A stretch of DNA of 64,000 nucleotides from Candidatus Eiseniibacteriota bacterium (GCA_041946735.1 JBHGAY010000002.1:192001-256000); one strand, 5' to 3'; numbered from the stretch's first letter, positions 1-11,831 are shown. The notes: generated by a model from the sequence alone, not told the origin. Program-made: numbers and translations.

Positions 1-263
1 AGCTTCACCCCCTCGTCGAGCGAGAGCGTCACCACGGCCCGCCCCTTCTCGTAGCGGATCGCGGCCACCTGTCCGGAGGAAACGCCCTGCACCTCGATCG
101 GATCCCCCTTGACGAGGCCGCTCGTCGTCGGAAAGGTCGCGATCACTTCCTGGTTCTTCCCGCCGACACGGAAGTTCTTGAACCAAAGGACGCCGAAGAC
201 GAGCAGGGCGACCGACAGGACGAAGAGGACTCCCACCTGGATCTGTTGGCTACGTTCCGACAT
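1..263 (-). CDS. mlaD: MlaD/MCE family lipid transport protein (3' part runs off the window)
   Basis: Manual translation from ATG at 263: MSERSQQIQVGVLFVLSVALLVFGVLWFKNF...FPTTSGLVKGDPIEVQGVSSGQV. N-terminal TM helix plus MCE motif, GGAGG RBS, downstream of mlaF. Confidence 0.85.
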   Translation of the reverse strand, partial: MSERSQQIQVGVLFVLSVALLVFGVLWFKNFRVGGKNQEVIATFPTTSGLVKGDPIEVQGVSSGQVAAIRYEKGRAVVTLSLDEGVK

Positions 264-299
264 TCGACCCTCCTGCGTCTCTCCCTGCGAGCTTCAAGA

Positions 300-1163
300 T
301 CATTCTTCTCCGGCGGGGCCGGCGCCGGACGCGCGCCGGGCGCGCTGCCCGAAACCCCATTGCCATCCGTCACGGCGACGGCCGGATCCGCGGGCGCTCG
401 AGGCGGGCGAGGACTCTTCGTCGTCCGTCAACGGACCGCGCGCCTCCCCGCGTATGAACTGCTGCACGACCGGGTCCTCCGAGTTGCGGACCTCCTCCGG
501 GGTTCCGGTGAACCAGATCTTCTGCTCGTGGATGAGGCAGATCCGGTCGGCGACGGTGTAGGCGCTACGCATGTCGTGCGTGACGACGATCGAAGTCGTC
601 CGGATCTTCTGGCGCAGCTCGACGATCCGCTGGTTGATCTGCTCGGCGGTCACCGGGTCGAGCCCGGTGGTCGGCTCGTCGTACAGCAGGTAGTCCGGAT
701 CCATCGCGATCGCGCGCGCGAGCCCCACCCGCTTGCGCATCCCTCCGGACAGCTCGGCCGGTTTCTTCGTCTCGATCCCGGGCAGCCCGACCATCTCGAG
801 CTTCTGCGCGACGATCGCCGCGATCTCCGACTCGCTTCGATTCGTGTGCTCGCGCAGCGCGAGGCCGACGTTCTGGCCGACCGTCATCGAATCGAAGAGC
901 GCCGCCATCTGGAACAGCATTCCAAAGCGACGGCGCAGCGCGGCAAGCTCGTCGTACCCCATCTTCGTCACGTCCTCGCCGTCCACGAGGATCGAGCCCG
1001 AGTCGGATCGCATCAACCCGATCACGAGCTTCAGCAGCACGCTCTTCCCGCTTCCCGATCGGCCGAGAACCACCATCGTCTCGCCCGTCCGGACCGTCAG
1101 GTTCACGTGGTCGAGCACCGTGTGACTCCCGAAGCTCTTGCACAGGTCGCGAATCTCGATCAC
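300..1163 (-). CDS. mlaF: ABC transporter ATP-binding protein, MlaF/Mkl family
   Basis: Walker A GRSGSGKS, signature LSGGMRKRVGLARA, YDEPTTGLDP; lies between mlaE and mlaD. Confidence 0.92.
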   Translation of the reverse strand: MIEIRDLCKSFGSHTVLDHVNLTVRTGETMVVLGRSGSGKSVLLKLVIGLMRSDSGSILVDGEDVTKMGYDELAALRRRFGMLFQMAALFDSMTVGQNVGLALREHTNRSESEIAAIVAQKLEMVGLPGIETKKPAELSGGMRKRVGLARAIAMDPDYLLYDEPTTGLDPVTAEQINQRIVELRQKIRTTSIVVTHDMRSAYTVADRICLIHEQKIWFTGTPEEVRNSEDPVVQQFIRGEARGPLTDDEESSPASSARGSGRRRDGWQWGFGQRARRASGAGPAGEE

Positions 1164-1194
1164 GATTCGATCCCCCGCTTCCGCATTCCACGGC

Positions 1195-1998
1195 TCATTG
1201 GGGGGGGAAGATCAGGCGGAAGATCACTTCCGCCAGGAAGTAATCGGCCACGAGGATCATCACGCAGCTCGCGACAACCGCCTTCGTCGTGACCTGTCCC
1301 ACCCCTTCGGCTCCGTTGCCGGTGTAGAAGCCGTTGAAGCAGCCCGCGATGGCGATCACGGCGCCGAACACGAAGGACTTGATCAATCCTCCATAGATGT
1401 CATGGATGTCGAACAGGAAACGCATGCCGCGTGTGAACGTCGACGCGGAGAGGCCGATGCGGGTGACGGCGACCAGCATGCCTCCGAGGATCGCGATGGC
1501 GTCGGCGAAGATGGTGATGAGCGGCAGCATCACGACTGCGGCGACGAATCGCGGAACGACCAGGTAGCGGACGGGCCGGATCGCAAGGGTCTCGAGCGCG
1601 TCGATCTGCTCGGTCACGCGCATCGTTCCGATCTCCGCCGCGAAGGAGGCGCCGACCCGGGCGCCGACGACGAGCGCGGTGAGGACCGGGCCGAGCTCGA
1701 TCACCACCGATTTGGCGATGACCGTTCCGACGAAGATGAGGGGGATCGTCCCTTGGAACTGATAGGAGCTCTGCAGCGAGGCGACTCCCCCGACGAACAG
1801 CGAGGTGAGGAAGACGAGCGGGAGCGACTGGTTTCCCACGAACCGCGCTTGCTCGAAGATCAACCGTACGTAGCGAAGGCCGGGGGGCAACTCGCGTAGG
1901 AACCGGGCCAGGAACAGAGCGAACCGGCCGGAGCCGGCGAGAAACCCGAGGATCCAGCCTCCGATCGTCGCGAAGATGCCCTGGAGCGCGGCTCTCAT
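1195..1998 (-). CDS. mlaE: ABC transporter permease, MlaE family
   Basis: ELGPVLTALVVGARVGASFAAEIGTMRVTEQIDALETL and GAEGVGQVTTKAVV motifs; start placed at MRAALQ (1998). Confidence 0.92.
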   Translation of the reverse strand: MRAALQGIFATIGGWILGFLAGSGRFALFLARFLRELPPGLRYVRLIFEQARFVGNQSLPLVFLTSLFVGGVASLQSSYQFQGTIPLIFVGTVIAKSVVIELGPVLTALVVGARVGASFAAEIGTMRVTEQIDALETLAIRPVRYLVVPRFVAAVVMLPLITIFADAIAILGGMLVAVTRIGLSASTFTRGMRFLFDIHDIYGGLIKSFVFGAVIAIAGCFNGFYTGNGAEGVGQVTTKAVVASCVMILVADYFLAEVIFRLIFPPQ

Positions 1999-2250
1999 AC
2001 CCCGACGGTACCTGCAAACCGGCGAGGCGGGAATGCCGGGACGCTCCCGGCCGGACGTCCGGGCGCCCCTGCACGACGGAGGCGCTCCCCGAAAGGTGCA
2101 GCGGGTGCGTCGCCCCGCCGGCGGCCGCGCCTCCATGCGGGCGGCCAGCGCACGCTACGAACGTTCGCCATTGGCGCCCGGCGCAGAGAGTGCGCGGCGC
2201 CGCGCCTCGAGAGGCGCGCGCCGGCCCCGGACCCGGTGCGCGGCCGGATC

Positions 2251-3357
2251 CTAGCCTTCCTCTCGCTCGGGACTGTCCAGACGGAAGAAGTTGCTCATCG
2301 TCCCGTCCTTCATCGTCTCCTGGAAGAGGAAGACCAGTTCGCGGTCATCGAAGACCCGTAGCCACTCGTCCCAGTCGATCCGGCGGAGATTGCCTCCGCC
2401 ATAGTCGGGGAAGTCGAAGCGCAGCACGCGGACCTCCTCGCCGTCGCTTCCGACGGTCGCAGGCTGAGCGCCGCGCTCCCCGGCCCATGCCTGGATCACC
2501 TCGTGCGACCGGGTCGCCAGGGTCTGCCCTGGGCGGTCGGCATGCTCGTCGCCGGTGTGAACCCACTTCGCGCGCTGCGCCGTCCGCGAAAGGCCGCCGC
2601 GGTTCTCGTCGAGGAAGCGCCGCTCCTCTGCGGTCGCGTTCTGCGCGCCGGTCCGCTCGCCGCCGCCGGCCGCTCCCCGCGACGTCGATGTCGATCTGCG
2701 CGGCGCCGCAGCCGGCCGGCGGCCGGCGCCCCGTCCACTCGCCCGCCTCGCCGTCGTTCCGCTCGTGGAGCGACGAGGCGTCGAGCGCGACGTCGCAGCC
2801 GTCGTCTTCTTCTTGCGCGCCGGCGCGCGGGTCGTCTTCTTGCGCGAGCGACCCTCCGCCGTCGTGCCACGCTTCGTCGTGCCGCGCTTCGCGGAGCGCC
2901 GCGTCCGCCCCTCGCCTTCCGAGCGGCGAGTCGAGGAGTCCGAGGCCTCGGGCCCGGAAGCCTTGCGGGTGGACTCCTTGCGGGTCCCGGCGCTGGAGCG
3001 GTTGCCGCGCCCGTTTCGCGCCCCGCCCGTCTTGCGAGCGCCAGTCCTGCGAGCGGCCGTCTTGCGAGCGGCGGTCCTCCGAGCCCCGGTCTTGCGAGCC
3101 GCGGTCTTCCGCGCGCCGGTCTTGCGAGAACCGGTCTTGCGCGCCGCGGCCCTCCGTGTGCCTCCCGCCTTCTTCGCGGCCGGCCCCTTCTTCGCGGCGG
3201 GCCGGCTTCTGGCGGGACGGCTCTCGCCTTCCTCGCTGCGCTCGGTCTGACGGGTACGCGAGCGGGAGCTCTTCGCGCCCGTGGTCTTGCGGGATGCGGT
3301 CTTGCGCGCCCCACGGGCCGTCCGTCCGGTCCTCTTCTCCTGCTCTTGATCTGCCAT
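2251..3357 (-). CDS. Histone H1-like Arg/Lys/Ala/Thr-rich protein with a C-terminal globular domain
   Basis: ATG at 3357 after a GA-rich RBS; tandem (A/S)RKT(G/A) pentapeptides; ordered C-terminal ~100 aa (TRSHEVIQAWAGERGAQPATV...LRFDFPDY...IDWDEWLRVFDDRELVFLFQE...SNFFRL). Confidence 0.75.
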   Translation of the reverse strand: MADQEQEKRTGRTARGARKTASRKTTGAKSSRSRTRQTERSEEGESRPARSRPAAKKGPAAKKAGGTRRAAARKTGSRKTGARKTAARKTGARRTAARKTAARRTGARKTGGARNGRGNRSSAGTRKESTRKASGPEASDSSTRRSEGEGRTRRSAKRGTTKRGTTAEGRSRKKTTRAPARKKKTTAATSRSTPRRSTSGTTARRASGRGAGRRPAAAPRRSTSTSRGAAGGGERTGAQNATAEERRFLDENRGGLSRTAQRAKWVHTGDEHADRPGQTLATRSHEVIQAWAGERGAQPATVGSDGEEVRVLRFDFPDYGGGNLRRIDWDEWLRVFDDRELVFLFQETMKDGTMSNFFRLDSPEREEG

Positions 3358-3792
3358 GGGAACACCTCTCTCTCTCTCTCGATCGCCTCCGGTTTGCGGG
3401 ATGTGGCGGCCCGGAGCGGTCCCGCGATCGATGCGCTGGAGATCGGGACCGTGATTCGATTCAAGTACGCGCGGCTTCGATGCGCCAAGGGAAAAGCGCT
3501 GGAACGCTCCCCGTGAAGTCGATGTCACGGAGGACGGCGAGGCGCACGCGGCCCCTCGCGGGCCAGCAGCAGCAGCAGCGGCGAAAGCTGCAGCGGCAGC
3601 CGCAACGACGCGGGCGTAGAGCGACCGGATGTCCTGCGCTCGCGCCGCGCCGCGCGTGGTGCTCCGCTCGCGCGGTGCGGCGCGGGCCCTCAGGAAATCC
3701 CGCCGCCGTTCGGCTACCATGGACTCGGCCGCGCCGGCACCCACGACAGCGCCGGCACGCGAGGGCGCAACCGCTCGGAAAGGATGAGGCGC

Positions 3793-6474
3793 ATGGATTC
3801 CTTGAACTCGTTCGGCACCCGCAGGAGCCTCGCGGTCGAAGGCGAGGCGTACACGATCCATGGACTGTCGCGATTGCAGGAGCTCGGCTACCCGGTCGCT
3901 CGCCTGCCCTTCGCGCTGAAGGTCCTCCTCGAAAACCTCCTCCGCCTCGAGGACGGCAGATCGGTCACGCGGGAGACGATCGAGGCGCTCGCCCGCTGGG
4001 ACGGCAAGCGGACGGAGGGGCCGCAGATCCCGTTCCTGCCGGCGCGCGTGCTTCTGCAGGACTTCACCGGCGTGCCGGTGGTCGTCGACCTCGCCGCCAT
4101 GCGAGACGCCGTCGCCCGCATGGGGGGCGATCCGTCCCGGGTGAATCCGCTTCTCCCCGTCGATCTCGTCATCGACCATTCCGTCTCCGTCGACTTCTTC
4201 GGGACGCCGGAGGCGTTCGGCCGCAACATCGAAAGGGAGTTCGAGCGCAACGGGGAGCGCTACGCGTTCCTGCGCTGGGGCCAGAAGGCGTTCACGAACT
4301 TCCGGGTCGTGCCGCCGGGCACAGGCATTTGCCATCAGGTGAATCTCGAGTACCTCTCCTCGGTCGTCGTCGCTCATGAGGACGGCGGAGGGAGGGTGGC
4401 GCTCCCGGACACGCTCGTAGGGACGGACAGCCACACGACGATGGTCAACGGGCTCGGAGTCCTCGGATGGGGCGTCGGAGGGATCGAGGCGGAGGCGGCG
4501 ATGCTCGGCCAGCCGTTCGACCTTCCGTTCCCGCAGGTCGTCGGATTCAAGCTGCACGGCACGCTGCCGGCCGGATCCACGGCGACCGATCTCGTCCTCA
4601 CCGTCACGCAGATGCTCCGCAAGAAGGGGGTCGTGGGACGGCTCGTGGAGTACTACGGCCCGGGACTCTCCTCTCTCTCGCTCCCCGACCGCGCGGTGAT
4701 CGCCAATATGTCGCCCGAGTACGGCGCGACATGCGGTCTCTTCCCGATCGACGAGGTGACGCTCTCCTACCTCCGCATGAGCGGACGATCGGCCCGTAAC
4801 GTGGCGCTCGTCGAGGCGTACGCGCGCGAGCAGGGAATGTTCCGGACCGACGCCTCTCCCGATCCGGTCTTCACCGACACCCTGGAGCTCGACTTGGGCT
4901 CGGTCGTCCCGAGCGTCGCGGGCCCCCGGCGTCCCCAGGACCGGGTTCCCCTCGGCGGACTGAAGGAGCACTGGAAGGAGGCGCTGCCGGCGCTTCGGCG
5001 GCCGACCTCGAAGGCGCCCGAGAAGGAGCACGGCGACGTCGTGATCGCCGCCATCACCTCCTGTACGAACACGTCGAACCCCTCGGTGATGCTCGGGGCC
5101 GGGCTCCTCGCGAAGAAGGCGGTGGAGCGCGGACTCACGACGAAGCCGTGGGTGAAGACGAGCCTCGCTCCCGGATCGAAGGTCGTGACCGACTACCTCC
5201 GCGAAGCCGGGCTGATCGCACCGCTCGCGGCGCTGAACTTCCATCTCGTCGGCTACGGCTGCACGACCTGTATCGGCAACAGCGGCCCGCTTCCCGAGGA
5301 GCAGAGCCGCGCGATCCGGGAGAAGGAGCTGGTGGCCGTCTCCGTGCTTTCGGGCAACCGGAACTTCGAGGGCCGCATCAATCCCGACGTTCGCGCGAAC
5401 TACCTCGCAAGCCCTCCGCTCGTCGTCGCGTTCGCTCTGGCGGGACGGATCGACATCGATCTCTATCACGATCCCATCGGCAAGGATCGTTCGGGGAAAG
5501 ACGTTTTCCTGCGGGAGATCTGGCCGACGCCGCAGGAGATCGCGGAGGTGATGGCCGGGACGGTGCATGCCTCGATGTTCCGCGACGCCTACGCCGACGT
5601 CTTCACCGGCGACGACCGCTGGCGCGCCCTGCCTGTCCCGGAGGGCAGCCTCTATCGATGGGATCCGAGCTCGACCTACGTGCAGAACCCGCCGTTCTTC
5701 GATGGCATGGCCCGCACGCCTCGGCCCGTGCCTCCGATCGCCGGCGCGCGTGTTCTCGCGCTGCTCGGCGACTCGATCACGACCGATCACATCTCGCCCG
5801 CCGGGTCGATCTCGCCTTCGTCGCCGGCCGGGCGCTACCTGACCGAGCGCGCGATCGAGCCGCGCGACTGGAACTCCTACGGCTCCCGGCGGGGCAATCA
5901 CGAGGTGATGATGCGCGGGACGTTCGCGAACGTCCGGCTGCGGAACCAGATGGTGGACGTCGAGGGAGGCTTCACGCTCCACCTCCCGGACGGCGAGAAG
6001 ATGTCGATCTACGACGCGGCGATGCGCTACGCCTCGGAGCAGGTGCCGCTTCTCGTGATCGGCGGCAAGGAGTACGGCTCGGGCTCTTCGCGCGACTGGG
6101 CGGCGAAGGGGCCGGCGTTGCTCGGCGTCCGAGCGGTCCTGGCCGAATCGTACGAGCGGATCCACCGGAGCAACCTGATCGGCATGGGGATTCTGCCGCT
6201 GCAGTTTCTCGAGGGACAATCCGCCGCCTCGCTGGGCTTGACCGGCCGCGAGCGCTACACGATCCACGGGATCGATACGCTGACCGCCGGGTCGACGATC
6301 GAGGTGACGGTCGAGGCGGACGGGGCGCCGGGCGCGACAGCGACGGGCGCGACGCCGGGCGCTGCAAGCGGGGCAAGGAGTTTCCAGGCTCGTGCGCGGA
6401 TCGACTCTCCGATCGAGCTGGAGTACTACAAGAACGGCGGCATCCTGCCGTACGTCCTCCGGCACATGATGTAG
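3793..6474 (+). CDS. acnA: Aconitate hydratase A
   Basis: [58 protein letters not shown]. Start 3793 or 3784. Confidence 0.97.
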   Translation: MDSLNSFGTRRSLAVEGEAYTIHGLSRLQELGYPVARLPFALKVLLENLLRLEDGRSVTRETIEALARWDGKRTEGPQIPFLPARVLLQDFTGVPVVVDLAAMRDAVARMGGDPSRVNPLLPVDLVIDHSVSVDFFGTPEAFGRNIEREFERNGERYAFLRWGQKAFTNFRVVPPGTGICHQVNLEYLSSVVVAHEDGGGRVALPDTLVGTDSHTTMVNGLGVLGWGVGGIEAEAAMLGQPFDLPFPQVVGFKLHGTLPAGSTATDLVLTVTQMLRKKGVVGRLVEYYGPGLSSLSLPDRAVIANMSPEYGATCGLFPIDEVTLSYLRMSGRSARNVALVEAYAREQGMFRTDASPDPVFTDTLELDLGSVVPSVAGPRRPQDRVPLGGLKEHWKEALPALRRPTSKAPEKEHGDVVIAAITSCTNTSNPSVMLGAGLLAKKAVERGLTTKPWVKTSLAPGSKVVTDYLREAGLIAPLAALNFHLVGYGCTTCIGNSGPLPEEQSRAIREKELVAVSVLSGNRNFEGRINPDVRANYLASPPLVVAFALAGRIDIDLYHDPIGKDRSGKDVFLREIWPTPQEIAEVMAGTVHASMFRDAYADVFTGDDRWRALPVPEGSLYRWDPSSTYVQNPPFFDGMARTPRPVPPIAGARVLALLGDSITTDHISPAGSISPSSPAGRYLTERAIEPRDWNSYGSRRGNHEVMMRGTFANVRLRNQMVDVEGGFTLHLPDGEKMSIYDAAMRYASEQVPLLVIGGKEYGSGSSRDWAAKGPALLGVRAVLAESYERIHRSNLIGMGILPLQFLEGQSAASLGLTGRERYTIHGIDTLTAGSTIEVTVEADGAPGATATGATPGAASGARSFQARARIDSPIELEYYKNGGILPYVLRHMM

Positions 6475-6559
6475 AGGATCGCCGGCAGCGGCGAGAGCGC
6501 GAGACGTGCGGGGCGGCGCCGGAGAGCCGGCGCCGCCTCTGTTTCTTGGGACGGGTTCT

Positions 6560-6721
6560 CTACTCCGGAATCGTGTAGCGCTTCTCGATCTCCTCGCGGA
6601 TCCGCCGGCGCGATTCGCGCGCGCCGGTCGGAGCAGGCGCCGGCCGCCCGGACGCGCGGGCGGAGGCGGCCAGCGTCGCGTCGGGGGCATCGCCGAACGC
6701 AAGGACCGTGTCGATCCTCAT
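6560..6721 (-). CDS. Possible small hypothetical protein (53 aa)
   Basis: ATG 18 nt downstream of the cax stop, preceded by CAGGAG (short spacing); ends RRRIREEIEKRYTIPE. No recognised domain. Confidence 0.25.
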   Translation of the reverse strand: MRIDTVLAFGDAPDATLAASARASGRPAPAPTGARESRRRIREEIEKRYTIPE

Positions 6722-6738
6722 CTCCTGAGCAGAGGAGA

Positions 6739-7890
6739 TCAAAGGAAGAGGAATCCGAGCGCGATGATGACGTAGACGATGACGAGCTGGGCTCCCTCGA
6801 GCCAGCTCGACTCGCCGTCGCCGGAGATGTGACCGGCGATCAACGCGGCGAGCCCGAGCGCGACGACCTCGTACGGGTGGAAGAAGAGAGTCAGCTCGGA
6901 GCCGAAGAAGAGAGAGACGAAGACGAGGACGGGGCCGACGAACAGCGCGATCTGCATCGAGGATTCGAGCGCGACCGCGAGAGCGAGATCCATTCGGTTC
7001 TTGTACGCCTGCTGCACCGCGACCAGGTGCTCCGCCACGTTGCCGACGAGCGGGATCAAGACGGCGCCGAGGAAGAGCTCGGAGAATCCCGCCGCCTCCC
7101 GCACCGTCTCGATCGCGTCGACCAGGTATTCGCTCAGGAAGGCGATGAACACCGTCGCGACGGCGAGGACCCCGATTGAGCGCCGCACGCTCCATCGCGC
7201 ATGGGGTTTGTCGCCGGCCTCCGCTTCCGCTTCCGCCGTTTCTCCTGCAGGCGCTCTCGCCGGAGCCGCCGCCCCTTCCGCGGTTTCTTTCGCCGTTCCC
7301 GCCGCTGCGACGGTGGCCCCTCCGCCCGTGTACGTATAGATCAGCGTGAGAACGTAGACGATGATGAGCGCCGCGGCCACGCCGAGGCTCAGCTTGTCCA
7401 GACTCGGATCGGCGGCCGCCAGATGGAACGTCTCGCCCCGCTCGATCTCATGCAGGACGGCGAACAGCGTCGGGACGACGAGGCCGGCGACCGCGAGCAT
7501 CATCATGGAGGCGGAGAGGCTCGCAACGTCCCGCTGGAACGTCTGCCTACCGTTGCGGAGCCCGCCGGCGAGGAAGCTGATTCCGAGAATCAGCAGGAGA
7601 TTGCCAAGGATCGAGCCGGTGATCGATGCCTTGACGATCGCGAACTCGCCCCCCTTGAGGATGAAGATCCCCAGGATCAGCTCCGCCGCGTTCCCCAGGC
7701 TCGCGTTCAGCAGACCTCCGATGCGTGGACCTGCGCGATCGGCAAGCGCCTCGGTCCCTTCGGCCAGCAGTCCCGAGAGCGGCACGAGACCGAGGGCCGA
7801 GGCGAGGAACAGGAGGATCTCGTTGTGGACCGCGAAACGGAACAGGAAGGCGAGCGGAACGAAGACCAGCAGGACTCGCAACTTCTTCAT
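6739..7890 (-). CDS. cax: Calcium/proton exchanger (CaCA family, Cax/ChaA type)
   Basis: Alpha-repeat motifs GNAAE and GNVAEH, GSILGNLLL, GESSWLEGAQL; about 10 hydrophobic segments; GGAGG RBS before MKKLRV. Confidence 0.92.
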   Translation of the reverse strand: MKKLRVLLVFVPLAFLFRFAVHNEILLFLASALGLVPLSGLLAEGTEALADRAGPRIGGLLNASLGNAAELILGIFILKGGEFAIVKASITGSILGNLLLILGISFLAGGLRNGRQTFQRDVASLSASMMMLAVAGLVVPTLFAVLHEIERGETFHLAAADPSLDKLSLGVAAALIIVYVLTLIYTYTGGGATVAAAGTAKETAEGAAAPARAPAGETAEAEAEAGDKPHARWSVRRSIGVLAVATVFIAFLSEYLVDAIETVREAAGFSELFLGAVLIPLVGNVAEHLVAVQQAYKNRMDLALAVALESSMQIALFVGPVLVFVSLFFGSELTLFFHPYEVVALGLAALIAGHISGDGESSWLEGAQLVIVYVIIALGFLFL

Positions 7891-8230
7891 TCGCCCCTCC
7901 GATTCCTGGCCATGGGAACGCTTGCGAACATTCGACCGCCCGGACGAGCCGTCGTCGTCGTGCCCGCGTCCGCAGCGCCGTGTGGCGCATCGTAACGGCA
8001 GCGAGGGTTTTTCGCGAGATCCGAGGGCTGCGGGCCGGCGCCGGATCCGAATTCCTTTGTTTCGCGCCTCCTGCACCTTTCACGATCGGAGCAGGAGACG
8101 AGACGAAGCGGGCCCGGGGAGGCGACGAGAGCCCGGGCGCGAGCGAGCCACCGGTACGGCGCCTTCGATCCCTTCACGGCGCTCGCTTGCAGCGGCATCC
8201 GAAGAGGGGATCGAGAACGAGGAGCAAGCG

Positions 8231-8458
8231 ATGAAAGCTTCGAGCATCGTCGGCGTGCTGCTGATCATCGTCGGCATCGCGGCCCTGGCTCTCCAAGGCT
8301 TCCATTTCACCAAGAAGGAGAAGGCCCTCGACATCGGCGACATCGAGGTGACGACGGAGAAGCGCGAGCACGTCGCCCTTCCGCCGGTTCTCGGTGCGAT
8401 CGCCCTGATTGGCGGGATCGTTCTAGTGGCGGTGGGAAGCCGGGGGCGCAGCGGCTGA
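8231..8458 (+). CDS. Small two-TM membrane protein (DUF3185-like)
   Basis: GAGGAG RBS; MKASSIVGVLLIIVGIAALAL...LDIGDIEV...[17 protein letters not shown]. Confidence 0.75.
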   Translation: MKASSIVGVLLIIVGIAALALQGFHFTKKEKALDIGDIEVTTEKREHVALPPVLGAIALIGGIVLVAVGSRGRSG

Positions 8459-10396
8459 GAGGTCGGCCGGCCGCCCGTCGTCCCTGCGCTCGATCGTGAG
8501 CAGATCTCCGTAGGGCGAGAGCGGGTCGGGATGGTAGCCGATCAGGCGCGCGCCGAGCGCATCGAAGCGGACGTGACCGTCCAGGATCGCGCAGGGCCGC
8601 AGGGCGAGCGCCTTCGCCTCCACCTTCTGCCAGACGTTGGAGAGAGTGTCGGCAAGAGGGGATCGCGCGACCTGAATCAAGCTGTCCACCGCGGGGGCGG
8701 CGAGACCGGCGACGTTGTAGCTGCCGCCCCGTCCCCACAGCTCTCCGAGATCTTGGACGGCCGGCCGCTTCCACGCGACGACCGCCGCCTGGAAGCGGCG
8801 CTGCGCGATGCGGTCCGCCACTTCCGTCGCGGTCGCCGGCTGCAGGCGGCAACGGACCCCGAGCGCTTCGAGCTGCAGCAGAATCTCGACGGCGATCCGC
8901 TCGCGCCTCGCATTCGCCGGGTCGTAGAGGATCTCGAGATCGAGGGGACCGTAGAGCGCCAGCGCCGCGGCAATCGCCGCGGAGTCCGGGGCTGCGCCCT
9001 CGCTCGCGAATCGCGAACTGTCGGCGGTCGCCGTGGCGGCCGAGTCCGCTCCCGCGCCCGCGCCGCGCGTCGCGGCGGCCACGGGCGCCCCGCCTTGACT
9101 GTCCGGCTCGTGAGAAAGCAACGCAGAGAAGCCGGGAAGCGAGGAGCGCGCGGCAGCGGTATCCGGAACGCTGTCGAACGAGAACCCCGGAGCGATCGAG
9201 GGGCCCGGTATGGAGACGTCGCCTTCAATGGGACCGCCGCCTCCAGTGGAGACGCCGCCTTCAGCGGGAACGCTGTCCTCAGCAGAGACGCCGCCTTCCA
9301 CGGGGAAGGCGCCGGCGGCAGGGATCGGGCGGGGCCGGGCGACCTCCGTCCTCAAGAGCGTCCGCGTGAGAAGCCCCTCCCAGTCCTCGGCGGAGGAGAG
9401 CATGTCCGTTCCTCCCGCCGCCGCGGCTCGGATCCGGGCCCGGTCGAGCGCGGAGCCGACCACCTGCCGGGGACCGAGGCGGCCCCAGCCGAGGTCGTCG
9501 AGGTTCCAGACGAGGGCCTCGACGGCCGTGACGCCGGCGCGAACAAGGCGCACCTCCCCTGTCTCCTCCTGCAGCCGCGGCATCTCCTCCGGCGGCAGAT
9601 CGAGGGCGAGATCCGCGGCTCCCGTCGCGACCGCCAGCGCGCGCGAGCGTCCCGACGGGAGGAATCGCAGCAGGATCTTCTCCGAGCGGGGCGTCCGATC
9701 GAGCGGAGCGAAGGGGTGTCGCTCCAGGAGCATCTGCTGTCCGGGCTCCCATTCCACGACGCGGAACGGTCCCGCCGCCCGCACGGGGTACCCAGGCTCG
9801 CCGAGTCGCGTCTTCCGCTTCTGGCTGCGCGCCCAATCCTCCGCGGAGATCAGGGGAAGCGACGCCAGCTCGAGCGCGCGCGCCCGGGCGAGCGGACGCC
9901 GGAACCGGAACAGGACCTCTCCGGTCGACTCGATCGTCTCAACCGACTCGATCTCGTTCAGCCGCGCCGGCCAGGATCCGGCGATCGACGGATCGCGGTA
10001 GAGCCGGTAGCTGAGCTGGACGTCGGGCGCCCCGACGGCGGTCGTGTCCTCCCAGAACCGGTTGGGGTCGAGACGAAAGCGCATGCCTCGCCCTCCGTCC
10101 TCGAACTGCCAGGTCGTCGCCAGATCGCCGACGTAGTGCGCGTTTTCGAGGCTGTCCCCGTCGATCCGCACGAGGGACGGAAGGATCCAGGGCCAGATCG
10201 CCGCGGACGCCGAGCTGCGCGCGAGCGGCGGGACGAGATGGTCGGGCTCTTGAGGGACGACGACCACGAGCGCCGGGTACGTCTCGGCGAAGCGGTCCTC
10301 GGCGCTGCCCGCCGCATCTCGCCCCCGCCTCCCACCGCAACCGCCCGCGCTCGCGAGCAGGGCGACCAGGGTGAGCAGGGTCAGCGATCGGGTCAA
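8423..10396 (-). CDS. ABC transporter substrate-binding lipoprotein, family 5 (peptide/nickel)
   Basis: TTG start overlaps the aroC stop (TTGA); lipobox-like [29 protein letters not shown]; contains a low-complexity insertion. Confidence 0.75.
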   Translation of the reverse strand: MTRSLTLLTLVALLASAGGCGGRRGRDAAGSAEDRFAETYPALVVVVPQEPDHLVPPLARSSASAAIWPWILPSLVRIDGDSLENAHYVGDLATTWQFEDGGRGMRFRLDPNRFWEDTTAVGAPDVQLSYRLYRDPSIAGSWPARLNEIESVETIESTGEVLFRFRRPLARARALELASLPLISAEDWARSQKRKTRLGEPGYPVRAAGPFRVVEWEPGQQMLLERHPFAPLDRTPRSEKILLRFLPSGRSRALAVATGAADLALDLPPEEMPRLQEETGEVRLVRAGVTAVEALVWNLDDLGWGRLGPRQVVGSALDRARIRAAAAGGTDMLSSAEDWEGLLTRTLLRTEVARPRPIPAAGAFPVEGGVSAEDSVPAEGGVSTGGGGPIEGDVSIPGPSIAPGFSFDSVPDTAAARSSLPGFSALLSHEPDSQGGAPVAAATRGAGAGADSAATATADSSRFASEGAAPDSAAIAAALALYGPLDLEILYDPANARRERIAVEILLQLEALGVRCRLQPATATEVADRIAQRRFQAAVVAWKRPAVQDLGELWGRGGSYNVAGLAAPAVDSLIQVARSPLADTLSNVWQKVEAKALALRPCAILDGHVRFDALGARLIGYHPDPLSPYGDLLTIERRDDGRPADLSAAAPPASHRH

Positions 10397-11547
10397 GAGG
10401 AGGCCTCGCCGGAGGACGCCTCGCCGGGGCGGCGGGCGGCGGCATGCGCGTCGATACGCGCGGCCGCGCCTTCGAGCGCGAGCTGCCGCAGCGCATGGTC
10501 GGCCAGGACGATCGCCGCCATCGCTTCGACGATCGGAACCGCTCGAGGGACGACGCAAGGATCGTGACGGCCGGTGGCCGCGAGAATCCGAGCGTTCCCC
10601 TCCACGTCGACCGTCTCCTGCTCCTTGCGGATCGTCGCCGTCGGCTTGAATGCGACGCGCAGCAGGATCGGCTCTCCGTTGGAGATCCCGCCCTGGATGC
10701 CGCCGCTTCGATTGGAGACGGCGCGCACCCGCTCGCCGTCCCTCCGGAAGGGATCGTTGTGCGCCGATCCGGTCATGCGCGCGCCGGAGAAGCCCGATCC
10801 GCTCTCGAATCCCTTCGCCGCCGGAATGGACAGCATCGCGCGGCCGAGATCCGCTTCGAGCTTGTCGAAGACGGGCTCTCCCCATCCCGGCGGAACGCCG
10901 CGCGCGGCGAGGGCGACGACGCCGCCGAGCGAGTCGCCTTCGCGACGCGCCTGCTCGATCCGGCCGGTGATCGTCGCGGCGGCCGCGGGATCCGGACAAC
11001 GGGTCGGATCGGCGTCGACGTCCGCACGGCGCAGCGTCGCGGCGTCGACGCCGGCGGCTGCGATTCCCCCGATCTCGTCGACCCAGCCGACGAGATCGAC
11101 TCCGAACGCCGCGGCGAGCAGCTTCTCTGCGATCGCGCCCGCCGCGACCCGTCCGACCGTCTCCCGGGCGCTCGCCCTTCCGCCGCCGGATGCGCTGGCG
11201 ATCCCATACTTCGCGTGGTAGGTGAAGTCGGCATGCGAGGGGCGGAAGACGCCGGCGAGGGCGCGGTAGTCCGACGGCTTCGCATCCTCGTTCTCGACGA
11301 GCAGGAGGATCGGCGTGCCGAGCGTGAGGCCGTCCTGAACGCCGGAGAGGATGCGAATCCGGTCCGCCTCGCGCCGCGCGCTGGTCAGCCGGCTCTGTCC
11401 CGGCCGGCGCCGGTCGAGCTGCGCCTGCACGTCGTCCTCGGAGAGCGCGAGCCGCGGCGGGCATCCGTCCACGACCGCGCCGACCGCGGCCCCGTGGCTC
11501 TCTCCCCACGTCGTCACGCGGAACAGCCTGCCGATCGTGCTCGCCAT
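10393..11547 (-). CDS. aroC: Chorismate synthase
   Basis: [49 protein letters not shown]. Confidence 0.97.
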   Translation of the reverse strand: MASTIGRLFRVTTWGESHGAAVGAVVDGCPPRLALSEDDVQAQLDRRRPGQSRLTSARREADRIRILSGVQDGLTLGTPILLLVENEDAKPSDYRALAGVFRPSHADFTYHAKYGIASASGGGRASARETVGRVAAGAIAEKLLAAAFGVDLVGWVDEIGGIAAAGVDAATLRRADVDADPTRCPDPAAAATITGRIEQARREGDSLGGVVALAARGVPPGWGEPVFDKLEADLGRAMLSIPAAKGFESGSGFSGARMTGSAHNDPFRRDGERVRAVSNRSGGIQGGISNGEPILLRVAFKPTATIRKEQETVDVEGNARILAATGRHDPCVVPRAVPIVEAMAAIVLADHALRQLALEGAAARIDAHAAARRPGEASSGEASS

Positions 11548-11831
11548 GAACCGACCTCCCCTCGAAAGGGCTGGACTTTCCATCGCCCGCTGCGGAAGGA
11601 CCACCCTCGCCACACCACGCGGCCTGCGGAAGGATCTCCTTCGCCCGCGACCTCGGGCGAGGGTAGCGCGGCCGGCCGAGCCGGGCCAATCGAACGTTCC
11701 CCGCATGGCGCGCGGCCGCACGACTTGGGTGCGGAGGACTGCGTCCGGTAGCCTGGAGGAAGGAGGGCGCGAGACGCGTTCCATGTATGCCGTCTCGCTC
11801 CCCACCGGCCGCGGAAAGGCTCGAAACGACC

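Noticed and set aside
2251..6702. 1483-aa minus-strand ORF
   Set aside because: Mostly the antisense shadow of acnA; only 2251-3357 has an RBS and protein-like content.
8177..8192. Sigma54 promoter (cGGCGCTCGCTTGCa) before the DUF3185-like gene
   Set aside because: GG-to-GC spacing is one base short of the strict -24/-12 requirement.
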